Origin: a plasmid
Sequence record: CP113993.1
Direction: 5' to 3' (one strand)
Length of the DNA: 64,000 bases
Both the position numbers and the translations under genes were made by a program. Numbering within the stretch: the first letter of the stretch is position 1; each line of letters starts with the position of its first letter. The notes beneath the pieces were generated by a model. The model had not been told where the DNA came from, made no database searches, and saw only the letters and a program-made list of their open reading frames with translations. Positions 17,233-27,035 of the stretch are shown piece by piece.

Positions 17233-18023
17233 TCAGCCATTGCCATGATAAATAACCTTACGCATTGGGTCATCCGTCGGGAATACCTTACGTTTCTTGA
17301 TGGCTGCCCGGATAACGCCGTTCAGCACTCTTATCGCGTTCGTGGTATAGATGGCCTTACGGATATCCGGCGGAAAGCCGAAGAGCGTATTGCGGTTTTC
17401 CCGGTGTACGCGCCAGCTTTTGCTGAGCTGCAGATATTTGTCATCCCAGGCACCCGCGAACACATCCAGCGCCATCAGCGTGGGGCCTGATACACCGCTT
17501 TCAGCCCACTGGTGACGGCTTTGTAGTCCTTCCGGGACACATATTTCTGACTGTCACGCACTCTATGGATGGTGCACAGCCGGATATGGATCTTCGGGTA
17601 AACGCTGTTTATCGCCACCGGGAAGCCCTTCAGACCGTCCACGCCGGCAATCAGGATATCCTCAGACCACGATTTTTAAGCTCTGTCAGCACACTAAGCC
17701 AGAACTTTGCGCCTTCATTTTCGGCCAGCCACATGCCGGGGAATTCCTTCTGGCCTCCGGTTGATACCCGGCGCGAGGACGACGGCTTTGTTTATTACGC
17801 TGCCATTCTGGCGGACTTTTACGACAATGCAGTCCATATAAACAATGGGATACAGCGCATCCAGTTGCCGGTTTTGCCACTCCGTAACCTGCTCTTTGAC
17901 GGCGTCGGTGACTTTAGATATCAGCGTGGGCGACACATCCGCGTCGTACATCTCTTTGAAGGTGGCGACGATTTCGCGGGTGGTCATGCCTTTGGCGTAG
18001 AGGGAGAAAATCTGGCTGTCCAT
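17233..18023 (-). pseudogene. IS256-family (mutator-type) transposase, fragmented by frameshifts/stops
   Basis: ORF 17715-18023 (ILSLYAKGMTTREIVATFKEMYDADVSPTLISKVTD, PIVYMDCIVVKVRQNG) and ORF 17233-17475 (VIYTTNAIRVLNGVIRAAIKKRKVFPTDD) are N- and C-parts of one IS256-like tnp. Confidence 0.7.
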
Positions 18024-18620
18024 CTGCGTAATACGCGTCTGGTCCTTCTTAAATCAGCTGCGGTTCAACGGTATTCTCACGGTCACGCGGTGTGTTCAGC
18101 TCTGTCTTGCCGTCATCGTAAAGCAGCATTTTTGACGAATAGCCATTGTGGGTATCAGAGCTTTTCTGGGGGCGTTTTTCTCGTGCCCGGGATGGTCGGT
18201 CAGCTCAGCATTTATCCCGGAGTATTTCATATCCTCTGCAGTATTTTGTACTTAGTAGTAAGGCTCCCCGTCAGCTTTATCAATCAGACCATCAGCGGAA
18301 ACCATTGTCACTGTTCATGGGGTCTTCGGAGCGTTATTTTGGTTGAAGACGGTAAACAACAAAGCGACTGATAGTCTTTTATATTCTTTATCAATCAGGT
18401 CAACTTTAAGTTTAGACTCCATCTCTGGTTTCTCGTCTCTCGGTACCAGTGAGCTGCGAAACCGTGGAGTTGTAGGCGTCCTGATAGCTTGAGTGAATGG
18501 GCTGACTGGCTTCCCAGTGGCAATAAACAGCATTTATCCGCAGACAGAGGTACAATTATCAAATCGTGTCGCAACACCATAAAACGTTCATGGCTGACCT
18601 GAAAACCGGTTTACCGTGCA

Positions 18621-18821
18621 GTGGCGAAAAAGGCGGCAGAAACGGTACTGGCTGAGCTGGAGGCGAAATGGGGCCAGCAGTATGCGATCGTGTTTCTGCC
18701 GTGGCGGCGTAAGTGGAAAAATCTGTCAGTGTACTTCCGCTACCCGGCGAATATCCGCAAGGTGATTTACACAATCAACGCGATAAAATCGGTACATCGA
18801 CTGGTAAAGGCTGAAACGTAG
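18621..18821 (+). pseudogene. IS256-family transposase C-terminal fragment
   Basis: RYPANIRKVIYTINAIKSVHRLVK; inverted homologue of 19400-19765. Confidence 0.6.
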
Positions 18822-18873
18822 TTCAGCGCAGGGCGTAACGACTTCCTGCTCCTTAATAATTCAGCGTCGGATA

Positions 18874-19083
18874 TTATTGAACATATTTCCAGACCGAGGC
18901 GGGTACCTTGTCATAAAGTTTATTCATCGTTAGTTCCGCCAGCCTGTGATCAGCAGCAGAATTAAATGCTTCAATATCATCTGCTGTTAATTTATATTGA
19001 TTATGGGATATTATTTTTTCCAGTGTTTTTAGAGATGAACAGCGTCGTAGTTGATATAACCATTCCTGTTTTGTCTTTGCCAT
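18874..19083 (-). CDS. hha: Hha/YmoA-family haemolysin-expression-modulating protein (H-NS co-regulator)
   Basis: 69 aa; LRRCSSLKTLEKIISHNQYKLTADDIEAFNSAADHRLAELTMNKLYDKVPASVWKYV closely parallels Hha/YmoA. Confidence 0.8.
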   Translation of the reverse strand: MAKTKQEWLYQLRRCSSLKTLEKIISHNQYKLTADDIEAFNSAADHRLAELTMNKLYDKVPASVWKYVQ

Positions 19084-19399
19084 AGCAGTATTCTTACATG
19101 TGGATTTAATCGAAGCTATAATAGCTTATGGAACCCTGCCAGTAAATACAACCGTTTCGGATAAGTGATAACAGAAATAATCTGATAGGGTCCATCTTTT
19201 AATAATACCTTTTTAATTGCATGCTTTGAACAAAAGACAGCTGGTCAGATATACATACCGAAACGGAAATGACGATGGGGTATTCGACGCACCATCATCA
19301 GCCACTCACTTAATATGAAAGGGACCAGACTGGAGTCTGTCACAGTCAATATTTCTGTCAGAAGGAGAGCGTTCAGAATTCTGTGTCACGTTAAAAATT

Positions 19400-19765
19400 C
19401 TACAGTGTCATCACCTTATTCAGTCGCCCTTCAAAATAAATGGCTAACTGCGACAATGTCAAATTCCAGCTCTGGATTGGCATTGTCCATTTTTCCTGTG
19501 CTTTCATCAGTCCCAGATAAAGCAGCTTCAACAGACTGTTTTCATTTGGGAAAGCTCCTTTGGTTTTGGTCAGTTTCCTGAACTGCTGATGTACCGATTC
19601 GACAGCATTTGTGGTGTAAATCACCTTGCGGATATTCGCCGGGTAGCGGAAGTATGCCGACAGGTTTCCCCACTTGCGACGCCATGACTGGAGGACTATC
19701 GGATACTGCTGGCCCCATTTCGCCTCCAGCTCATCCAGCGCCGTTTCTGCCGCTTCTTTTGACAC
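19400..19765 (-). pseudogene. IS256-family transposase C-terminal fragment
   Basis: RYPANIRKVIYTTNAVESVHQQFRKLTKTKGAFPNENSLLKLLYLGL...WTMPIQSWN. Confidence 0.65.
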
Positions 19766-20140
19766 CGCACGATACCGGCTTCAGGTCTGCCATGAACGTT
19801 CTGTGGTGTTTTGACGCCACATATTTACCCTGTACCACAAACTGCAGGTATGCACAGTCTCATGATCAACAAACCATCCCGTGAACGACACGATCATGCA
19901 GACAGTGCACCCCGCAGACAGAATTATACTGAATCTGCCGCCTCTGTCTTCCTGTACCTGTCTGAACTTGTTCGGCACCATCCATCGTTCCATCCTGCAG
20001 ACAGGTCTAGCAATCTCACATGAAGTGGGCCTCGTGAGGTAATGGAATTATGTGACTGCTCCCCACCGTAAACGGCGAGGCTTCCCACTTCTCAGGCTGC
20101 AATCGAAAAGAACCGACCTCACCAGTCTTTTTTTACGTCT

Positions 20141-20623
20141 TTAAATCTTGTAGAACAATGTATTTGGCGCAATGGGAGACTGAACAAAGCCAAAGTATTC
20201 ATAGAATGTTTTCGCCTGTTCATCAATAGCATGAACCATGATCGCTTTAATACCCACCTGGTCTGCCAGGTTAGATACCCGTGTTACAGCATCATTAAGC
20301 AGCCATTTTCCAAAACTATGCCCTTGAGTACACTCATCAACAGCAAGACGTCCCAGCAAAACAACCGGAACAGGATCGGGCATATTCTGGCGTAAACTGC
20401 GACCTAAACTGGCATGACTTACAGACCCCGTCGCAATAGAGTAATATCCCACTACTCGCTTTGTGCCTTCAGGGCAGATAACAAATGTACGGGAGGCATT
20501 GAGGTATTGGTTCTTCATCGCTCTGCGGCGAAGCCAGTCACTGAGCACATCATTCCCGCAATCAAACTGTTGAAGATAGTGTTCCTCGTTTAGCAACTCC
20601 GGTGCAGTAACACTTATTTCCAT
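20141..20623 (-). CDS. GNAT-family acetyltransferase toxin (TacT/AtaT-like) of type II TA system
   Basis: 160 aa; acetyl-CoA-binding-like core (GRLAVDECTQGHSFGKWLLNDAV), 10-bp overlap with upstream DUF1778 antitoxin. Confidence 0.7.
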   Translation of the reverse strand: MEISVTAPELLNEEHYLQQFDCGNDVLSDWLRRRAMKNQYLNASRTFVICPEGTKRVVGYYSIATGSVSHASLGRSLRQNMPDPVPVVLLGRLAVDECTQGHSFGKWLLNDAVTRVSNLADQVGIKAIMVHAIDEQAKTFYEYFGFVQSPIAPNTLFYKI

Positions 20624-20898
20624 TCAGGTTTCACATCCATCAGGCGCTGACGACCTTCAGTATTCTGTACAGGAGCTTCAAGTTGTTTAATAAAAGCCTG
20701 ATAGCGGGCATCATCCAGAACAAAAACGCGTTGATCCAGAATGATATTCTGGGCCTCGCTCACAGCCTTTTCTATGATGAAGTCGGTACGGTTTTTACTG
20801 ACCAGGCTCGCTGCATAATCAATCACAGCACGTTCCTCATCAGTAGCCCGTATATTTATTTGTTTATTACGCACAGATTTGCGGATTGTAGTTTGCAT
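20614..20898 (-). CDS. DUF1778 (TacA-like RHH) antitoxin
   Basis: start at internal Met MQTTIRK preceded by GGAGG RBS; INIRATDEERAVIDYAASL is RHH-like; N-terminal region negative-regulator-like. Confidence 0.65.
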   Translation of the reverse strand: MQTTIRKSVRNKQINIRATDEERAVIDYAASLVSKNRTDFIIEKAVSEAQNIILDQRVFVLDDARYQAFIKQLEAPVQNTEGRQRLMDVKPEWK

Positions 20899-20911
20899 GG
20901 CTCCTCCGGAA

Positions 20912-20966
20912 GGTAACAAATTGCTATACATAGACTATAGAGCCATTGGTAACAAATTGCTATACA
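20912..20966. promoter_or_regulatory. 19-bp perfect direct repeat (GGTAACAAATTGCTATACA x2) immediately 5' of the antitoxin gene; probable TA operator
   Basis: copies at 20912-20930 and 20948-20966. Confidence 0.5.
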
Positions 20967-21185
20967 AAAAATCAGATTTACATCCGTACAAAACTAATTT
21001 TTATCGAAAGCGCGGAAGATGACTATTACCACACTATCAAGCCGTGAACTGAATCAGGATATTACCCGAGCCAAAAACAGGGCATTGAGATACTCAGCCT
21101 GTTCGGAAGTGGGGTAAATGCGTATTTTGGTCGCTCTTAACATAGTCAGCGCTCATTGCTATAGACTTTTTATGTTAACGCCGGA

Positions 21186-21464
21186 ATGATTTTTTTTAAA
21201 GCCCTTCAGGCTTTTCCGCCTTTCCTCCCCGGCCACATTGGGCGAGGGTTCTCGGCAGGTCTTGCTGAGTTTTCCGGCAGAACGCTACCCGTTGATACTG
21301 CTGTAGCCCTACGTTGTGCCAGATTACACGTATCAGATAAACGCGGTGAGCGTGACGCTTTTATCGCAGCTACGGCACTTGTACACGGTATGACAGTCGT
21401 TACCAGGAACATAGCTGATTTCGAGACAACAGGAGTGGCGATTGTTAATCCGTGGATTTACTGA
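21186..21464 (+). pseudogene. C-terminal fragment of a PIN-domain VapC toxin
   Basis: DAFIAATALVHGMTVVTRNIADFETTGVAIVNPW is the conserved VapC C-terminus; no PIN N-terminus or vapB upstream. Confidence 0.5.
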
Positions 21465-21685
21465 TCTCCTGCCGCTATCATTATTCAGCGCCCTCACTAT
21501 GTGATCACTATAGGCTTGAACTACATTATCCAGCCGGCGTTCTTCTACCTGTACTTTTTCACACTGGAAATCTTCCAGATTCACCGTCTCCCCGAATGAT
21601 CTTCCGACCTCTTTCACCTTAAAAAATTATCCGCCGGACATCCATGCCCGCCCCCTGGTATTCGATTTTCATAACGGCATCTGCA

Positions 21686-22021
21686 TCAGTGTAACTGCGG
21701 GTGTTTTGCCCGCTCAGCGCAACATTCAGGGCACTCACAGGGTTCCTCCATTTCTTTGCGTACGTTCTCCAGCCAGGCAATAAACTCAGGCGGCACATCC
21801 CTCATCCGCAAAATTTCACTGGTGGCAAGCAGGGATGAATCCGTCAGTCCTGCCGGGCCATCCAGATACAGCGAAAGGAATCGGTTAATATCCCGTTCCG
21901 TCCGGCTAACCAGCGCGGCGATAACCAGCGGCACACCATTTTCCACGCAAACGTCGTGAAGTTGTCTGATTAGCGACTCAATTTTGTCAACGGCTTCCGG
22001 CAATGTGTTGATATCCTTCAT
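21686..22021 (-). CDS. hypothetical protein (111 aa, Cys-rich C-terminus CECPECC)
   Basis: clean ORF with coding-like composition; no recognisable family. Confidence 0.3.
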   Translation of the reverse strand: MKDINTLPEAVDKIESLIRQLHDVCVENGVPLVIAALVSRTERDINRFLSLYLDGPAGLTDSSLLATSEILRMRDVPPEFIAWLENVRKEMEEPCECPECCAERAKHPQLH

Positions 22022-23059
22022 AACTGTAACTCCTGTAATTCGATTTTCATGCAGATTTAGCTTCCTGGTAATTCCCCCGATAAAATGCCAGTACGCGCTG
22101 CATCACCTCGCTGTTCCTGCACTCCTGGCCAATATTATTTTTGCGTCGGTCACAGGCACACATTCCGTCACCCAATATTTCCTGACGGGATTTAGCCTGC
22201 CTGATCAGTTCTTTCTGTTTTGCCTGTTTTGCCTGTTTTGTCCGCTTGTTATTCCAGGCAGGGAAAGCCTGATCTGACGTAAAAACACCGAGCCCTGGGG
22301 CCAGATACATATCACCACAGCTCAGCAAGCCTGACAGGCAACGACGGTGTGTTCCATTATATTCCTGTCACTCTCTGCAGTTGTCCTGTCGTCATGCGCC
22401 CGTTTTTATGTACTCACTCAGTTATACACTGTTGTACTTTCTTCCGATGCTCCGGTGTGTAAGGCACTGCCATTAAATACTTCATCAAAAAATACCCCAC
22501 AACCTTTGTATCATCCTGTCGCTGTAAGTTGTTTCCAACAAACGCAATATTCATGGCTATGTCCCGAAATGTGTTCAGATAGCGCAGGCTTCGGGTTTGG
22601 CTCATCCTGCTCTGTAATGCAATGCACCGGGTACGGTTTCCATCAAATCCCCCTGTTAAATTTTTTGATATTGTTTCACGTTTTTCCGCCTGCTTTCCCA
22701 GCCCAAAATCACCCAGCGACTGCCGTTTATCCGAAAGCGATCAGTTCCCCCCTCAACGGCCAGTTTTTTCAGTCTGTCGGAATTCAGGTTGGTCAGTATC
22801 CACAGCCTTCATCGACGCGGTTTGCCTGTCAACAATCTGGTTCAGGAAGATGAACTCGTTTTTCGTATCGCGCTGCATACCAACCTCGTCGAGCCCCAGC
22901 AGGTCAACATCGCAAAGTCCGGCAGGAATGTTCCCTCGAATTTGCCCACGTCATGGCAGGCACGCTACCGCACGCCTCCGTACAGCCGTATGGTTACCCT
23001 GCGTACACCGGAGGTTTTTGTGGGTTATACGGGTTTTAACGGGGCGGAGAAGGGGCGGG

Positions 23060-23365
23060 TTAACGTTTCCGGGACTGAGAGGCGATTTTCCGGGCGGTGT
23101 GGAGTACCCGCAGGATACGTACATGCTCTTTTTCGGCTACATAGACGATGATGAACGGGAAGTGAGGCACCACAAGCTTACGCTGATTCTCCAGCCTCCC
23201 GGCCTTTACCCCAGCCAGCGGGTTTTCCTCCAGGATACCCGTCATGCCCGCCAGACGGTCGTCTGCGGCTATGGCAACCTCATCCCCGGCTTCCCGGTTC
23301 AGGTACAGGAAGATGTCTTCCCTGTCCCTCTGTGCGCGCTTTTCCCATTCAACCCTGACCGTCAC
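23060..23365 (-). CDS. parE: ParE/RelE-family toxin
   Basis: 101 aa; typical ParE features (DIFLYL...VKAGRLENQRKLVVPHFPFIIVYVAEKEHVRILRVLH); 4-bp overlap with upstream antitoxin. Confidence 0.7.
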   Translation of the reverse strand: MTVRVEWEKRAQRDREDIFLYLNREAGDEVAIAADDRLAGMTGILEENPLAGVKAGRLENQRKLVVPHFPFIIVYVAEKEHVRILRVLHTARKIASQSRKR

Positions 23366-23652
23366 AGCCTGCCCCGCATGGCCTGTTGTTTCAGCGTGTT
23401 CATCCTGTTTTCCATTTCATCGTGGCCGATATACTCGCCTTCACCGGCATCATAGCGGCTGAATGCCTGAGCTATCTGCTCTTCCAGCCAGTCTTCATGT
23501 ACGCTGCTCTGATAGCGGCGTTCTTCTTCTGCCAGCTCTTCGGCACGCTGGCGCATCAGCTCTGTCAGGCTCACCTGCTGACGCTCTGCTGCCTGCATGG
23601 CCAGTCGTTTGGTTTCTTCAGCTATCCGGAAGTGGATCGTACTGCTCATCAT
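23362..23652 (-). CDS. parD: ParD-like RHH antitoxin
   Basis: start at internal Met with GGAGGG RBS; MSSTIHFRIAEETKRLAMQAAERQQVSLTELMRQRA is RHH-like. Confidence 0.6.
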   Translation of the reverse strand: MMSSTIHFRIAEETKRLAMQAAERQQVSLTELMRQRAEELAEEERRYQSSVHEDWLEEQIAQAFSRYDAGEGEYIGHDEMENRMNTLKQQAMRGRL

Positions 23653-24372
23653 TCCCTCCACATGTGGTGTCGTTTGTGTTGTCATTATGAACGGTATATC
23701 CCGTTATGTCATCCAGGGTTTCCCGTTCTGCCGGATGTGTGCTGGCGTGAACCGCCTGAAGCGCCCGGACCGACACCTGCGTATAGATCTGCGTGGACTC
23801 CACGCTGGCATGACCCCGCATCGCCTGTATCCACCGCAGATCTGCACCATTCTCCAGCATCTGTGTCGCCATCGCGTGCCGGAACAGGTGGCAGCTCCCG
23901 TGCCCAACCAGGCCGGAGGCTTTCATATAGTGGCTGACGATGTTGGTGATGCCGTTCGGCCCCACACCCCCTCCACGACGTCCAGCGCCACGAACAGCGC
24001 CTTACAGTGCGGATTAACCAGCAACTGCGGTCTTAGCTGATGCAGATAATGCTGTACCCACCACAGCGCACGCTCACCCACCGGCACCACCCGGTCCTGT
24101 TTCCCCTTTCCCTGTACGATAGTCAGGATACGACGGTTCGCATCCACGCTGAACACGTCAAGACCCGCCGCCTCACTCCTGCGTACGCCCGTTGACCACA
24201 GCAGCTCCATCAGCACCCGGTCACGAATACCCGCAGGCGTGGTCAGGTCCGGCAGTGCCAGTACCTGCTCCACTTCATCCACGCTAAGGATATACCGTGG
24301 CAGGCACTTCTCCAGCCTCGGCAGCTCAAGGTCTGCCGCCGGGTTGGCCAGTATCAGGTTCTGTCGGGTCAT
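23618..24372 (-). pseudogene. tyrosine site-specific recombinase (plasmid ResD/Rsd/XerD-like resolvase) split by a frameshift
   Basis: ORF 23923-24372 carries the N-terminal/core-binding part (GIRDRVLMELLWSTGVRRSEAAGL); ORF 23618-23965 carries catalytic HxxR...Y box (GSCHLFRHAMATQMLENGADLRWIQAMRGHASVESTQIYTQV). Confidence 0.6.
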
Positions 24373-24594
24373 CCAGTGGAGCCAGACCTGAAGCGGCTGT
24401 AAGGCCGTACGCTGGGTCCGGGTGGTCAGCGGGGCACCATTACGTTTACGGTACTGGTACAGATGCCGCTGGTGATGCCTCTATACCGGAATCTATTGCA
24501 GTCCCCATGTGAACATCCGGTGAAGTCATCTTCACAGGAGTTTTCAGTCAGTTAGCATTACCGACATCCATTCACCGACTTACCGGAGGAACCG

Positions 24595-24924
24595 ATGTCA
24601 AAACACCGATGGTCCATTGAACAGAAAAGGCAGCACGTTGCCGCCTGGCGCACCAGCGGCCTTACACGCCAGCAATACTGTGAACTCAACGATATCCCCT
24701 TCAAATCACTTCGCGAATGGCCGAAGGATGTCGCAAAAGCTGAACGTCGGGCTAATGACCCCACCATTCTTCCCGTTCAGATTGCGCCAACACTGCAGGC
24801 TGATACTCCACCGCCCGTCACAAACGAGCCGGTTACACTCTTCATCCCCGGCGGGATACGGATGTGCTGTCATCCTTCACAACTGACTGATGTCTTCAGG
24901 GCGCTCAAATATGCTGACGCCTGA
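24595..24924 (+). CDS. IS66-family accessory protein TnpA (orf1)-like
   Basis: HRWSIEQKRQHVAAWRTSGLTRQQYCELNDIPFKSLREW resembles IS66 orf1. Confidence 0.45.
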   Translation: MSKHRWSIEQKRQHVAAWRTSGLTRQQYCELNDIPFKSLREWPKDVAKAERRANDPTILPVQIAPTLQADTPPPVTNEPVTLFIPGGIRMCCHPSQLTDVFRALKYADA

Positions 24925-25055
24925 TAATGTTTTCCTCACTGTTAAACCTGTCGATATGCGGCGCGGCATCGATACGCTGACACAGTATAGACAGGATGAA
25001 CTCAGGTCGACGTGGCATGAGGGCGCCGCCTTCGTCTTTGTCAACAATCTATGGT
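24890..25055 (+). pseudogene. truncated IS66-family TnpB (orf2) N-terminus
   Basis: LTVKPVDMRRGIDTLTQYRQDELRSTWHEGAAFVFVNN parallels IS66 TnpB (ITDMRNGFNGLA...GHLFIFRGRRGD); homology ends where the IS110-family element begins. Confidence 0.5.
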
Positions 25056-25059
25056 CACC

Positions 25060-26430
25060 CCCATTTTTGCAATACTGATTTTTGATTAATGGTGGGCTTG
25101 CTTCAATCTATCCGGCGTCTGTATGGGCAAGAATGCCCGCGCCACGATGAGTTCCGCGCCTGATGCACCTGAAAAAGCCCTCGGCTTCAGTGAGCCATTT
25201 GTTGTCTAAGGTTTCTCATCAGGCCGATATGCCGTTCATGTCATCAATAATCAGTCTTCGCAAAACCAGATGGGTAACTACTGTTTAACTACTTAATAAT
25301 CAATCTGTTGATTCAGCGCGACATATATCAGGCCTGATATGCATTGTGATTCGTCGTGATTGCCCATGCTATTCGCGCCAGTTTGTTTGCCAGAGCGCAG
25401 GCAACCACATTCGAATGCTTCTTGCTGAGTTGCTCTCTGACCCATTCGGCCAGTCTGCCCTGCTGATGTTCCAGTCGCATCATGAACGAGCGGGCACACT
25501 GAACCAGTAAACGGCGGAGGTTTTTGTCGCCCCGTTTGCTGATACCCAGCAGAGTCGATTTACCTCCTGTACTGTATTGCCGGGGGACAAGCCCTGTGGA
25601 AGCAGCAAAAAGCCCTGTGGAAGCAGCAAAATCCCTGCTGCATGAAAATTGTTTGCCATCACCGAGCTGTGATGAAAGCAGACTGGCCGTAATCGGCCCA
25701 ACACCGGGTATTGTCATGATGCGTTGAGTTGCATCATCAGTTTTGATTGACTGGTTTAATTCTGATTCCAGTTCTGTTATTTGCTCAACAAGGTAAAGAT
25801 AGTGAGCGTGTAATTTCATCAGCAAACGGCTCAGATATTCAGGTATTTCGTGTTCCACGAGCACCAGGGGCAGCCGCTTAATGACAGTATCGCCTACTGG
25901 CAGACTGATACCAAATTCCAGCAAAAAACCGTTGATCTGGTTGGTCGTTTTCACCTTGTCTCTGATAAGTGATTCTCTGGCCCGATGCAGCGCTCGCATC
26001 GCCTGCTGAACTTCGGTTCTGGGCTGGACAAACCACATTGATGGTCGCGATGCGGCTTCGCATATTGCCTCAGCGTCGACAAAATCATTTTTATTACTTT
26101 TGACGAACGGACGCACGAATTGCGAAGAGATAAGTTTTGCTTCATGACCGATATCACTGATACGCCGTGCCATAAAATGCGCACCGGCACAGGCTTCCAT
26201 AACAACAACAGTGGACGGACATGTCGCCAGAAACTGCATTAGATTAGTGCGCGTGAATTTCTTACGCTGAAGCGCCTTTCCGGACTTGTCCTGACAGTGA
26301 AGATGAAAAGAGTGTTTACCGAGAGCGATACCAATAAGCGCAACGTTTTCCATGATGGCCTCTCCTGAAAGAAAAACATCCTGCCAGCATACCGCTCACA
26401 GAGTGGGGGTGACCATCTCATTAAGCCCTG
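25060..26430 (-). mobile_element. IS110-family insertion sequence (ends approximate; no inverted repeats expected)
   Basis: 341-aa DEDD transposase; bounded by end of IS66 tnpB homology (~25055) and start of P4-type integrase homology (~26430); ~270-bp non-coding flank 3' of tnp and ~80 bp 5' of tnp. Confidence 0.65.
25328..26353 (-). CDS. IS110-family DEDD transposase/recombinase
   Basis: N-terminal RuvC-like MENVALIGIALGKHSFHLHCQD, C-terminal Tnp domain (MTIPGVGPITASLL...VPRQYSTGGKSTLLGISKRGDKNLRRLLV); expected catalytic Asp of IGIDxGK is Ala here; in-frame 21-bp tandem duplication (FAASTGL x2). Confidence 0.8.
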   Translation of the reverse strand: MENVALIGIALGKHSFHLHCQDKSGKALQRKKFTRTNLMQFLATCPSTVVVMEACAGAHFMARRISDIGHEAKLISSQFVRPFVKSNKNDFVDAEAICEAASRPSMWFVQPRTEVQQAMRALHRARESLIRDKVKTTNQINGFLLEFGISLPVGDTVIKRLPLVLVEHEIPEYLSRLLMKLHAHYLYLVEQITELESELNQSIKTDDATQRIMTIPGVGPITASLLSSQLGDGKQFSCSRDFAASTGLFAASTGLVPRQYSTGGKSTLLGISKRGDKNLRRLLVQCARSFMMRLEHQQGRLAEWVREQLSKKHSNVVACALANKLARIAWAITTNHNAYQA

Positions 26431-26712
26431 AGGGTAATGGGGTATGACATAACCAAGGACGTCTGTAGTCATGGATTCCGGGCTATGGCATGCAGTGCGT
26501 TGATTGAATCAGGTTTGTGGTCCCGCGATGCTGTTGAAAGGCAGATGAGTCATCAGGAGCGTAACGGTGTACGAGCAGCTTATATCCATAAAGCCGAACA
26601 CTTGGAAGAGCGGCGACTGATGCTACAGTGGTGGGCGGATTTTCTGGATGCAAACTCGAAAGAAAGTACCAGCCCCTTTGAGTATGCAAAGATTAACAAT
26701 CCATTAAAATAG
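26425..26712 (+). pseudogene. 3' fragment (last ~90 codons) of a P4-type phage/satellite integrase
   Basis: HGFRAMACSALIESGLWSRDAVERQMSHQERNGVRAAYIHKAEHLEERRLMLQWWADFLD is the conserved tyrosine-recombinase C-terminus (HxxR...Y) of P4/CP4-57-like integrases; N-terminus replaced by IS110-family element. Confidence 0.65.
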
Positions 26713-27035
26713 TAAGCACTCCGGGCAGATTGTCCGGAGTGCTTTGAATGACGATTTTCTTTGGTAATGATGAAGAAGGTTGATGGTAAGGCAAATTATC
26801 CCCGCCCCTCATTAATACTCATGTAGTCAAGTCATTTATAGCTGGCATCACGGACTTCTGATCTCCCCTAGTTGCAGGTAACGACTTCAGTCCGCTGAAA
26901 GCGAAAAGCGGAAGTTCGGGAGGGTTGTGATCTACTTTTAACCTTTGTAATTTAGAAGTATTCTTTTAAGATTAATCCACTTCCCATCGTCATCCTTTCG
27001 GTGCCCGTGAAAAGCTTTTTTAAGGTTACTGCCTC

